Both the position numbers and the translations under genes were made by a program. Of a stretch of 64,000 nt of DNA, positions 47,146 through 58,246 are shown in pieces. The DNA lies in contig OZ316899.1 in assembly GCA_973895155.1 (NCBI GenBank), positions 767,573-831,572 of the forward strand, read 5' to 3'. Within the stretch, counting starts at the first letter, position 1. Every line of letters begins with the position of its first letter. The notes under the pieces were generated by a model. It saw only the letters and a program-made list of their open reading frames with translations, ran no database searches and had not been told where the DNA came from. Source of the DNA: Marsupella aquatica (Eukaryota > Plantae > Marchantiophyta).

Positions 47146-50119
47146 CAATTAACTTCATCATCGGAAGTGGGCCCAGCAGCAGACGAACCTCCTAATACTG
47201 AGGCTAATAGGGATTTACACCATGATATGGGAATGTCAGCTACCCTTGAGCCATTTGCACCAGAAGTATCCAAACTTGGACTTCAGCCGGCAAACCTCAC
47301 GGATGGAATTGTGGATCCAAAAGCTTGTCAGAAAATCGAAATTGAGCCAGGCAAGTTTTTGAATATTGGTAAGCATATCGAAGGAGAGCTACGGGAACAG
47401 TATATCAGTTTATTAACCCAGTATAAAGATGTCTTTGCCTGGAGTCATTCTGATTTAAAAGGTATCCATCCACATTTGGGCAAACATCGTATTGACCTTA
47501 TGGAAGGAGCAGTACCTGTCCGACAGAGACAGTACCGTTTGAATCCCAAATATTCCATCCTGGTTAAAGACGAGTTGGACAAGCTCACGACTGCTGGATT
47601 TATCTACCCGGTCTTGAGTAGTGAATGGGTCTCACCAATTGTCATTGTCCCCAAAAAGCCGGGACCCGATGGTAAAACGAAAATTCGCGTTTGTCAAGAC
47701 TTCCGGAAGTTGAATGCTGCCACTCGGAAAGATCATTATCCTTTGCCATTTATTGATCTGGTACTTGATTCAGTGGCCTTGCATGAGTTATACAGTTTTT
47801 TAGATGGGTACTCTGGTTATAACCAGGTGTCCATTCGGAAGGAGGATCGCGACAAGACTACGTTCACCACCGACTGGGGTACATATGCATTTACCATGAT
47901 GCCTTTTGGGCTGTGTAATGCCCCGGGTACTTTTCAGCGCATTATGATGATTATTTTTCAAGAATATTTGCGGCATTTCATGGAGATTTTTATTGACGAC
48001 TTTTGTGTTTACGGGTCAGCGGCTGAACACCTCGTCCATTTGGAGAAGACATTTCAGAAGTGTAGAGAGGCTCAGTTGTGTCTTCATCCAGAAAAGTGCT
48101 TTATTGGTATGAAGGAGGGAATTTTGTTAGGCCATGTTATTTCACAACGCGGCATTGAGGTTGATACAGAGAAGGTTAGAGTAATTATGGAGTTGCAACC
48201 ACCGACCGATTTAAAGCAGCTTCGTGCTTTTCTGGGACATGTGGGGTATTATCGTCGGTTCATTTATAAACATGCTAATATTGCCTTACCCTTAACCCAA
48301 CTGTTAAAAAGTGATGTGGAATATACATGGAATGAGGAGCGGCAGCAAGCATTCCAGTTGCTCAAGGATCGGTTAATCTCTGCACCTATTTTGTCACCCC
48401 CAGATTGGACTAAGAAGTTTCATGTCTTCATTGACTCTTCTGCGTTCTGCATTGGAGCTAATCTCAGTCAGAAGGATGTGGAAAACCGTGACCATCCAAT
48501 TTACTATGCCAGCCGCCAAATGAGTGCAGCCGAGAAAAAACTACTCCGTCACTGAACGGGAAGCTTTGGCCATCGTCTTTGCGTGTAAGAAATTTCGTCA
48601 CTATTTGTTGGGGTATCAGGTTACTTTTCACACTGATCATAATTCCTTAAAATATTTGGTTAACCAAGTGGATCTCTCAGGACGAGTAGCCCGCTGGGTT
48701 TTACTACTCCAAGAATTTGATTATGAAGTTCATGTCCGACCTGGCAAACATCATGAGAATGCAGACTTCCTATCTCGGTTACCTGGTCCGGAGAATCAGC
48801 ATAATCTCTCCGATGAATTTCCTGACGAGCATTTGTGGCACATTGAAGGGGAGTCTTCTCGATATTTTAATATTGTGCACATGCTGCTTCATGGAACGTT
48901 CCCTGAAGGCTTTAATGCGGAAGAACGAGCTGTCTTTGCTCATAAGGTGGGTCCCTATACCATTATTCGGGGCACTTTGTTTAAACAAGGTCCTGATCAA
49001 CAATTGCGACGTTGTCTAGAGGATAGGGAACTTCCCCAAGTAATTGAAGCTTTACATTCAGGAGAAACCGGTGGGCATTATGCAGTGAATACCACAGTTA
49101 AGAAAATTTTGGATGCTGGATACTGGTGGCCTACTATGCATCGAGATACTTACAATTTTATTAAGACCTGTGATCCCTGTCAAAGGATCGGGAAGCCCAC
49201 TGCTAGTTCCAAATGGCCTCTTACGCCTATCCTTCCGTTGGCACCATTTGAGAAATGGGGGATTGATTTTATTGGCCCAATTTCTCCAGCAGCTCGGAAA
49301 AGCCGAAGCAAATATATTATTCTGGCCACTGATTATGCCACCAAATGGGTAGAGGCGAAAGCTACTCGCAAGAATGATGCTATAACCGCAGCTGCATTTC
49401 TCTTTGAGCACATTATCACCCGGTTTGGTTGTCCTTTGGAGTTGGTAAGCGATAGGGGTTTGCATTTTCTTAACTCAACTATTGAGTTAATCACTGACCT
49501 TTATCTTATCAAGCATCGCAAAACTACTCCTTACAACCCCCGAGCTAATGGCTTAACCGAGAGAGCTAATGGCATTATGGGCAAGATTCTGAATAAAATG
49601 GTAGAATCTCACAAGACAGATTGGGATGTGAAGCTCCATTCTGCATTATGGGCTTACCGCACCGCTGAGAAGATTACAACTCTTCACACCCCCTTCTATC
49701 TGACCTATGGCCTGAATAGTATTATTCCAATAGAATTTTCGTTACCAACGGAACGTATCTTGGTACCACACCGACTCTCTCCTTCAGATAGTCTCTCACA
49801 TCGGTTTTCCAATATTGTTAAATTAGAAGAAGTTAGACTTTTAGCATTAGACCATACAGTCACCATTCAGAACCAGCGTAAACTTGCTTATGATAAGAAG
49901 CTGCGCGTAGTGCAGTTAGATGTTGGTGATTTAGCATTAGTCTTTGATTCTCGTTATATGCTATTTCCTGGGAAACTTCATACTCATTGGATTGGTCCTT
50001 ACCGAGTTACACACATCTGGGATAATGGTTCAGTTTCATTGACTACCTTAGATGGTCACCCACTTAACACTAGAATCAATGGGTTTAGGATTAAACGGTA
50101 CTATGAGTCTTCCATTTAG
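47146..50119 (+). CDS. pol: RT, RNase H and integrase; in frame behind the TGA at 47143; +1 A frameshift in the run at 48535-48540
   Basis: RVCQDFRKLN, FLDGYSGYNQ, MPFGLCNAP, FIDDF, FIDSS, IYYASR, H-X-H...C-X2-C, WGIDFIGP, VSDRG, NGLTER, GP-Y motif. No chromodomain. Confidence 0.93.
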
Positions 50120-50141
50120 AATTCCACCTGGGACAGGTTGC

Positions 50142-50157
50142 AATTTAAGTGGAGGGC
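50142..50157 (+). promoter_or_regulatory. Internal (upstream) polypurine tract, identical to the terminal PPT
   Basis: AATTTAAGTGGAGGGC, also at 53625-53640. Confidence 0.8.
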
Positions 50158-50502
50158 GGTAGTTATACTTAGTTAGAATTAGTGACCCTCCCTAGTAAGT
50201 ATTCGGCATATTTTTTTAATTTTTTTTAGTTACTTTCAGTTTTTACATTGGACGCTGTGAAAAGCGTCCATTGTAACTCGACGCTGGGGAAGCGTCCACT
50301 TAGTTTACAAAGGACGTTGTGCAGAGGTCCGCTTTTGTATTAGTTCAGTTGCATGAGACGCTGTGAGCCGATGACTAGGCATCTTGTACAATGGCGGATT
50401 GCGACAGCTCAACGGGACGCTGAGGAGTAAGCAGTCGCGCTTCGCCCTAGTTCACTATGGAACACGATTCTCACTGAGCTTACGGAGCTAACAAGTCACG
50501 CG

Positions 50503-53076
50503 ATGGCGGAGACTGAGCTGACGACGCGACCAATACTCGCAGACATTCCATCGAATGCAGTGCATAGGCGGCAGTTGAAGACGGCTCTGGCAAAAATGGG
50601 CTTGAAGAAGCTGCTTCAACTTCCTTGGAAGATTTGCGAATTCAGCCTTATCGATCAAGGTGTCTGGGACGCTGAAGAAAGGATTGGTGTGCGCTCGCGT
50701 CCCAGTGTTTGGACTGAAGCGCTCATAGCGAAGGTCTATTCGACGCCGATGGAGGGCGAGGATTTACAGAGGGTTGATTGTGAGCCTCGGGTTTATGTAG
50801 AATCCTTCTTCGCTCCAGGATCTTTCAAGAGGCGGAATGGATGGCTAGCGGCGGACTGCTTAGATAATTCTCTGCAGCGTCTATTTCGATTTCTGGCACC
50901 AATTTTCTACCCAGAAAGCCAGACGCGCATCACTCTTTCGTTCGCTGCAACGGTGATCTGTTCATTAGAACAGACGCAGTCTATCAATTGGACGAAGGTT
51001 TTGCACCGAGTAATTCATACTCAGGTCAAAAATTTTCGTAGCAGGCTGAAAACGGGGAAAATAAGGTGTACCTACTTGGCCCCTTATTTAGCTCACATTT
51101 ACCATAAGTATGACTGTCTGCTTGTCTTGGAAAAAGATTTTTATCGCAACAATCAGAGAGCATCTACCGGTGAAGCAAATTATATGCCTGAAGTACGAGA
51201 AGTCCGAGCCAATTCCACAGTGGTAGAGCTATGTGCAATACTCGACTGTGAGGAACCTGAACTGGTGGGTGAAGTTCGGAAATTGAAAGAGACAAGAGCA
51301 TCAGCTGAAGGGAGTGACGATCCGATTCTTCACCAACCAAGAGAGGCTCAAGTTGCCGAAGATGTTCCTTCAGCAATGCCAACAGGGTTGGAGCATTCTA
51401 TGTCACCTCGACTCTCGTGTTCACCTTGTGCTGCCGAGCCTATTTATGATGTTGATCAGGATAATTCTGCTTCTCAGATGAATGTTGAAGATGAGGTGAG
51501 GGTGGATGAAGAAGGTTTTTCAGGGGAACCTCTTCAACATTCTACTGCTGAGGACGAGTATGATGGATTTACTTCTACCCCTGTTTTGGTTCCCATAGAG
51601 GCAAATAGTGATGCTTTGCAGGCTTTACAGGAGTATGATTCGTCCGACTCTCTTAGTTCTAGCCCAAATATAGGTGAAATCCCTCTGGTCCAGGAGTCAG
51701 AAATATTAAGCTCAGAAATTGTGAAGCTGGTTAAAGTTGATTCGGAGGATGCAATTGTGGATATAGACGAAGTAGGTGAACCAGTGACTTCTCCCCAATC
51801 TGTCGCAAGATACCCTGCCTGGTCTACACCTGGTTCACTCATATCGATTCCTTTGGATATAACTAAGGAATTAGATGAGGCAATAGCCGCGATAGGAGCT
51901 CCTTCATTTCCGCCTGTAAAATGGGTTTCTCCTGAAGATGAGTTGATTGAAGGAGGCTCTGCTGGTTTTCCGAGTCGCAATCAGGTATCTGGTAATATGG
52001 GTATATCTGTACCCATATTGGTACCCGAGACACCCGCTTCGACAACCAGCTCAGCACCAGTTTCATTGGCTACAAACGAGGATAAAAACATTCGGGAGGA
52101 GTTTTCAGTGACGTATACTCGAAAATCTTGGAAACGGTTGCGCCATGCTATCAGTCGACAGATCTTTCCTGAAGCATCTTCCCAGGATTTTGAACAGGGA
52201 GAAGCACCTGTCGGAACAGACGAGCTACCCCTTCCTGTACTTTTGACAGATCGAACTAACCAGGAAGTCTCTTTACCTAGCGATAATTTTAAAGAAGAAC
52301 TTCCTGTTTTAGTACCAATGCATCCCATTGCAGATCAACCAGCTACTGTTGCAAGAGAAGAATTTGAACCACTGGAGCCCGAACCTTCTGCTCCTTCGTC
52401 TCCTGTTACATTGCCAATTCGACCAGTTAAGGAGTCAGTGATTCCTTCCGCTATGCCAGATGTAATTTTCCGTTGGATAGGAGCACCAAGTGATGGAGAA
52501 GAAGACGAAGACCCTCGCATTATCAGAGTACCTCCTCGACTTCGGCATACAGTGGATTTGCCACCCCGAAATCCTATCCCTAATTTGGCTTCAATTCACA
52601 GGTGGGAGAAGAAACATTTTCGAGTAGCTTTTCGACATCTGGAGATGGAGAGCATTTTGCAGCAGCAGCAGATTTTGCCAATGACATCCCATCCGAGGAT
52701 TCGTAGTTTGATTCGCACATATGAACCGGGGAAGGCGGTTCCTCCCATTGATAAGGACAGACGACATAAGTTTTCGGAGTTCGAAATTTGGTGTTGGGTG
52801 TATATGCTTCGACGAGCTCAAGCTCCATTTCCGCCCCTTGTGCCGGAAATTCCATGGCCCTATCCATACTATGTTTGGGTTTGTCCTGGTGGGTTTGCTA
52901 TTCCAATTAAATATGAGAAGAAGCTTGTTAAGCTAAGGGAGCAGTTGATTACAAAACAATGTATGCTACCGGCTTCCCAAGGGTTCAAGTCGCTTAGGTG
53001 TTTAGCGTTCCTACCTATTATTCCTTCTTATCCGGATGTGATTATTCAAGGTGTTTTATCTAGGACACAGATTTGA
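50503..53076 (+). CDS. 857-aa 3' accessory protein: N-terminal Athila-ORF1/Transposase_32/PMD-like domain, long acidic/Pro-rich disordered region, small C-terminal domain
   Basis: Intact ATG-started ORF. GLKKLLQLPW...WTEALIAKVYSTP...INWTKVL...YLAPYLAHIY resembles the domain in the 13268 ORF. Occupies the env-like position. Confidence 0.8.
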   Translation: MAETELTTRPILADIPSNAVHRRQLKTALAKMGLKKLLQLPWKICEFSLIDQGVWDAEERIGVRSRPSVWTEALIAKVYSTPMEGEDLQRVDCEPRVYVESFFAPGSFKRRNGWLAADCLDNSLQRLFRFLAPIFYPESQTRITLSFAATVICSLEQTQSINWTKVLHRVIHTQVKNFRSRLKTGKIRCTYLAPYLAHIYHKYDCLLVLEKDFYRNNQRASTGEANYMPEVREVRANSTVVELCAILDCEEPELVGEVRKLKETRASAEGSDDPILHQPREAQVAEDVPSAMPTGLEHSMSPRLSCSPCAAEPIYDVDQDNSASQMNVEDEVRVDEEGFSGEPLQHSTAEDEYDGFTSTPVLVPIEANSDALQALQEYDSSDSLSSSPNIGEIPLVQESEILSSEIVKLVKVDSEDAIVDIDEVGEPVTSPQSVARYPAWSTPGSLISIPLDITKELDEAIAAIGAPSFPPVKWVSPEDELIEGGSAGFPSRNQVSGNMGISVPILVPETPASTTSSAPVSLATNEDKNIREEFSVTYTRKSWKRLRHAISRQIFPEASSQDFEQGEAPVGTDELPLPVLLTDRTNQEVSLPSDNFKEELPVLVPMHPIADQPATVAREEFEPLEPEPSAPSSPVTLPIRPVKESVIPSAMPDVIFRWIGAPSDGEEDEDPRIIRVPPRLRHTVDLPPRNPIPNLASIHRWEKKHFRVAFRHLEMESILQQQQILPMTSHPRIRSLIRTYEPGKAVPPIDKDRRHKFSEFEIWCWVYMLRRAQAPFPPLVPEIPWPYPYYVWVCPGGFAIPIKYEKKLVKLREQLITKQCMLPASQGFKSLRCLAFLPIIPSYPDVIIQGVLSRTQI

Positions 53077-53088
53077 AGGACACCATTT

Positions 53089-53565
53089 ATGAGAGATATC
53101 AAACGGTGTTGTCATTTATATGTATATAAGCCGTTACTTTTGCAGCATCCTGCAATTGTTTCCTTCTTTCTCCTTCGAATTGATATTTATCTGCTCATGT
53201 GGGACATCAAAGCTACTATGGATTGTTGGAATTCTTTACCCCGTGCTTTCCAACATTCCTTTGAAGGCAAGATCAAACTGGGAGGACATGCTATTCAACA
53301 CTTTGTTATTGATCCAGGCTCTCGAATTAATTTCCTCTCCCACAGACTGTGCCAGCAATTTGTTCATCAAGAAGTACAACCGATATCTGCTCAGATATCA
53401 ATCGATGGACGAATCATTAATCTTTGGGGAAGAGTTAAAGGAGTCCCAATACAGATCGGAGAAGAATTCCATGACCTCGATTTTTATATTCTGGATTCGG
53501 ATATCTCCCAACTCCCGTCAATGATTTTGAGCACTACTTGGATTATTAAGCCAGAATATTATTAA
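53089..53565 (+). CDS. Second, atypical retropepsin-like domain (D-P-G in place of D-[ST]-G)
   Basis: FVIDPGSRINFLS...GRVKGVPIQIG...LDFYILD...MILSTTWI follows the retroviral protease pattern. True start unknown. Confidence 0.6.
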   Translation: MRDIKRCCHLYVYKPLLLQHPAIVSFFLLRIDIYLLMWDIKATMDCWNSLPRAFQHSFEGKIKLGGHAIQHFVIDPGSRINFLSHRLCQQFVHQEVQPISAQISIDGRIINLWGRVKGVPIQIGEEFHDLDFYILDSDISQLPSMILSTTWIIKPEYY

Positions 53566-53624
53566 TGAAGAACATGTCACTCGCTTCTGATTCAATTCGG
53601 TCATGTCTTGTGGGGACACGGCGA

Positions 53625-53640
53625 AATTTAAGTGGAGGGC
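53625..53640 (+). promoter_or_regulatory. Terminal polypurine tract
   Basis: 2 bp upstream of the 3' LTR TG. Confidence 0.9.
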
Positions 53641-53642
53641 TA

Positions 53643-55030
53643 TGTGGTATGGGTGTCCCTGCAATTTTTTCTGGAAACTTGTTTATTTTTAGCATATCAC
53701 AAGATTTACTTACACTTTAGACACCTTCCGGCCAACATTTACTTGTTCTGGACACTTATAGAAATATTTGACATCTCCGGCTTTCCTGACGATTCCTAGT
53801 GTACTTTGCCCGACGCTGTGACCAGCGCCCGTTTCTTTTACTCAAGACGCTGCGGAAGCGTCCAACCTCCTCATGACGCTTTTGGCAGTGCCCGACCGCC
53901 ACCAAGACTCTATGAGGATTTCGACCGACGCTGTGGAAAGCGTCAGCTTCAACACACGACGCTGTGAGCAGCGTCCACCCTAGTATTGACGCTGTGAGCA
54001 GTGTGAGCAGCGTCCGTTGGTTTTACTTAAGACGCTTCTAGCAGCGTCCAGATTCTCCCGACGCTTCTAGCAGCGTCCGCTCAACACTTAGTTTTTGAAG
54101 TAGATTACTAGTAAAGTAGTATTCTACCACCCTTGTTGAAGTACTTATGCTGTGCTTCTCCCTTGTTTAGTTTTAAGCTTGGAAAGGCACGACTGTTCTT
54201 ACCTCCTCCATTTTAGGATTCCAGCACTTATAAGACAGAGTAGAATGCTCATTTGAAGTAGAGAGAAATAGAGTTAATACTGTATTCAGAATTGAGTCTT
54301 CTGAATAGTTTTCTCCTCCTTCCATTGTAACAAGGCATGCTGTGAGTGTTTTGTATGGAAGTAAAGCTATATTGATTGAAGTTAAGATTGAATTCAAGAG
54401 ATTCCTGTGGTGATTGAATTCAGTTGCAGATTTCTGAAACTCGTATTGAATTCACTGCTAGGCTTGCTTGCAGAGTCGGGATTCGCTAGCCAATTCAAGA
54501 ATAGTTAATGATAAATGAGAAGTAAATTCTGATTCTCAGAGTAGTTAGTACTGTTGCTTTGATTCTGGAATATGGTTTAGAGTTTGACTGAATTGCGTAT
54601 CGCTGATGTCAAACCATGTTGACGGCATTTTAAATCATATCATTCATTTGCAATCAGAAAGCTTCTGCTTCATCAGATTGAGAATTCCATTATCATTAAC
54701 CTTTGTGTTTTGAAGAGTGAGATGGATGAATTATGAGATAGATTTCATGTCTATACTGAGCCCAAATCCTTTCTGAAGGAGTGGCAGTAGCTTGTAGTCT
54801 CTAAATCCTTACTCATTTCTTCTCTAATTCATAAATCAGAAGTTCAGTTACTTTGTTGTTTGTTTATTCGATTTTTTTTATTGAGAAGTGAAGTCAACAT
54901 AGAGCTCAAGACTCTAAATCACTCGGAGTGATAAAAGTTATACAATTCATTCTGAAATCTGTTCTTAAAGGGATCGAAACCCTGGTTTTAGGTGAGGAGA
55001 GTCACTTTTGATACTTAGCACTATACGACA
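53643..55030 (+). repeat. 3' LTR
   Basis: Same length and, by eye, same sequence as the 5' LTR. Confidence 0.97.
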
Positions 55031-56037
55031 GGAAGGGGTGATAGGTGAAGTACTAGAAGGGGCTGCAACCACAAAGAACCTGACCATATCTATGAGAGAC
55101 TTGGGACATGACTTTGTATTGCACAACACTGTGGTGATGGAACCCTGGATACAATGAGTGCATACATATGCTTTAATCCAGTTCATGAGCTTAAATGTTG
55201 TGTGCATGTGATTTTCTCCTTGTCACTGGGTTCATATTAGCCAAGCTAATGTTGTGTGGTTGTTTGTTCAAGGAGTATGAGTCATTGAAGGCGGCCCATC
55301 CCACTACAGGAACAAATTTTCCAGGTTTCATGGAGTGGATCAGAGTGGCAATTAGAGAGCATCACGAGACCCACCCAAACATGGATGCAGACGTTTACCT
55401 ACTATCTAATGCCCCTAGCCTGAAAGTGAAGACTTACAAACGGATGAGAGCATATGGGAATCACTTTCGAGTGAAGGATGGTGATAGTGCCTACAGGGTG
55501 ACAAATGACTGTGGGCTCATCACTATATTTGAGCAACAGAGCCACAATCATGACAAGGCCTGGATGGAGATGGGATATGTGGGAGAATTAGTTGACATAT
55601 GAGCTCTGGACTATGGGGCGGTGTCCAGTCCTGTGATTCTTATGAAAGGTTCATGGGTGCGGCAGGATTGGCTTGGTAACTGGGCTACCATGAAGAGAGA
55701 CAACGACGGTTTCTTGCTGGCCAATTTCAAAGGGAAATTGCCCGAATGGTCTGAGTCATTTGTGTTTCCCAGTTAGGTGGAGCAAGCTTTCTTCCTGGAT
55801 GTGGAAGACTCCCCAAGTTGGCGTGTAGTGTGTCATAAACAGGCTAGGCAACGTCGGATGGAAGGATCAAACCTTGAGTTTCATTTACACTCTCATAGTG
55901 CCTTTGATTGTTGGCGTTTAGACCAAGTGCCTGTAGTTCATGATAGCGGGGACTTCATTCCTGTGACAAGGGTAGAGGCATTTGCTAAAGGAGGCAAATT
56001 CAGAGATGCAGATGCCAACAGTGTGCCTGTTATATGA
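55031..56037 (+). pseudogene. CACTA transposase, 3' part (DUF4216-like region)
   Basis: Resumes after the TSD (SDEEE|GVIGEVL). RAYGNHFRV, GYVGELVDI, DNDGFLLANF, ESFVFPS*VEQAFF...WRVV. Confidence 0.85.
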
Positions 56038-56149
56038 GTAATGTGAATTGTTTGCATGGACATTTGTGAGGGGAAGGTTGTGTAATAAAGTAATTCTGAA
56101 GCAACAAAGATATATGGATGGATGCCTGGTGATTGTGGTTGCATTGTGT

Positions 56150-58246
56150 TATACAGGGTGACCATAGATGACATGTTTTTGTGGTCCAGTCAGATGGAAG
56201 AGAGTGACACGGACATGGGTGAGTATGAAAGGAAAGCTATGGAACATCGAGCATATGTGAAAGCCAAAATTGCAGAACTGGAACTGAAAAAGGTTGTGGC
56301 TTAATTGTAAGGGAACAATTCTCAACCACAACCCTCCGCTGAGTTTGTGTGACATGAATAGTTCAATGTGGCACTAAAATTGTGACTGTATTCTCATATT
56401 GGAATGTCGCAGAGCCACAGAACTTTCAAAGAAACAAAAGGAGTACGCAAGAAGGGTGACCAACACTATCTCTGGGCCTGTGCGTTGGAGTGAAAGGTTG
56501 AGCAAGAAGGTTGTACCTACAATGGCAGAATGTGGAGATGACATGGATGTTGCACAGGTGGGTGCAAACACTAGACAAGAAGATGCAGATGATGAGTATT
56601 TTCCAGAGGAAATGGATGAGGATGGGGGTTATGAAGATGAATACATTGTAGCGCAGCCCCAAAAGAAATAGGTAAGTAGTTTTCCCGACAAGGTTTTGAG
56701 TTAAACTCTCTTGTTTAGAGGTTTGATATGTTCAGTACTACACATATGTACCTTGCTTAGTTTGTGACGTTGTAGTTGGTGATGTGATGCAGCGTCCTGT
56801 CAGTTCTATTTTGTCTGCAAAGCCTGTGCATGCACCATACCAGTAGGGGGGCTGACCTTTGATCAAGGTTGGTGAGGTGGCAATAGTGGTAGATTCCAAG
56901 CTGGTGCCCAATACTATGGCAGGGGGCAAGGTCAAGGTTATGCCCGGGGTAGAGGCAGAGCAGGTCCAAACCCACAGTCTCGTGGGTATGGACGTCCACC
57001 TCAAACATGGGGATGTGAGTATATATCTATATGCCAGTTTTTGTCAAGGCATGGCACTTATGAATTTCAGACTGCACGTCAATTTTTGACATTGTTTGGG
57101 ATGTATTGGATTCACACAACATGAAATTCTGTCCACCTGCCATTGCATGCAGATTCTGCCCAACCTGATTAGGCAAATGCTGGTAATGATCAGTTTCAAT
57201 GTCCACAAGGACAGACATGGGTTGAACCAGGTTGGGAGGATGGTGGTGGATTGTGGAATGAACAAGGTTGGGAAGGTGGTGAAGGTAATTGGCAGGGATT
57301 TCAAAATATAGTACCTACAAACGCTGGAAGAGGGGCAGGTAATGTCTGATCTTGTCAACAATGGAAGAACTCATTATATCTGGAGTCCATTCATGTGGGG
57401 GGATTCTGCACATGTATAATGATAGAAAATGTATGTGTGCAGGTTGGACAGTCAAACCATCAACTCAAGTATTCACTAATGCCCCTATGCAGATGCAGCA
57501 CGGAAGGGGGCCAGGTATGTCAGTGAATGTTCACTTGTTTTCCTACAATTTGTACTTAGTTTTCAGTACATATGTTTGCACATACATACCTAGAAAGTGA
57601 CATCATCCGGCCCCTGTACTAGGCTGGACAGGTGGTCCAGGGTCGCAACAATTCCAGAGTGTAGTCCCTGCACAGATGTCTACAGGCAAAGCTACAAGTA
57701 TATATGTTTGAATAATTTTTGTTGAAGTGAAGCATTGAATGTTGTCGTCATTGATTCTACTGTATGTAGTTCTCAAGCATGAATGGCATTGTATTTTCGT
57801 AGGTGACTTCAGAACCCCAGGTAGGGTGAATCAAGGGGTGGCCAATACACTGCCCAGTACTACCAAGAGCAGTACACAAGGGGAGGTGACAAAGAAAGGG
57901 AACTTAAAGTTGAATGAGAGACAATAGGTGGATGCTGAGTATCCTCGCAAGAACCGATGGCATGCTGATTTGAAAGCTGAAGTATTGCGTTGGTTAGATG
58001 TGAGTATTATTAATTTTAAAAAGCAGCATCCAAAATATTGGAAGACTGTATGTGAAAATGTTGTTGCCAAATGGAATTATGTGGGCAGTGATGATGGCGT
58101 GGACATAAGTTGCCTAGAGAGTACAGCAGGTAACATCATCAAGCAAGAGAGATGGAGAATGCATAAGGCTTGGAAGGAAGGTGGGGAGAAGCCAGATATG
58201 CCTCCACCAGCAAGTTGTGATGATAAAGTGTGGGCAAGGTTAGTAG
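56150..58246 (+). pseudogene. CACTA second gene (TnpA/PTTA-like), multi-exon 5' part with Gly/Trp-rich low-complexity exons
   Basis: GT-AG introns inferred. Acidic segment, RGG/GW-rich exons, RWLDVSII...WNY...KQERWRMHKAW...CDDKVWARLV. Confidence 0.65.

Larger units (their letters stand above)
41486..55030 (+). mobile_element. Full-length 13,545-bp Athila-like (non-chromovirus) Ty3/gypsy retrotransposon, very young
   Basis: 1,388-bp LTRs with no difference seen by eye, TG...CA, 5-bp TSD GGAAG, tRNA-Asp-type PBS, PPT, gag-PR-RT-RH-INT order, 3' accessory ORFs. Confidence 0.97.

Noticed and set aside
48530-48545. RNase H frameshift as programmed ribosomal frameshifting
   Set aside because: Falls inside the conserved AEKNYS motif; one extra A in a homopolymer explains it.
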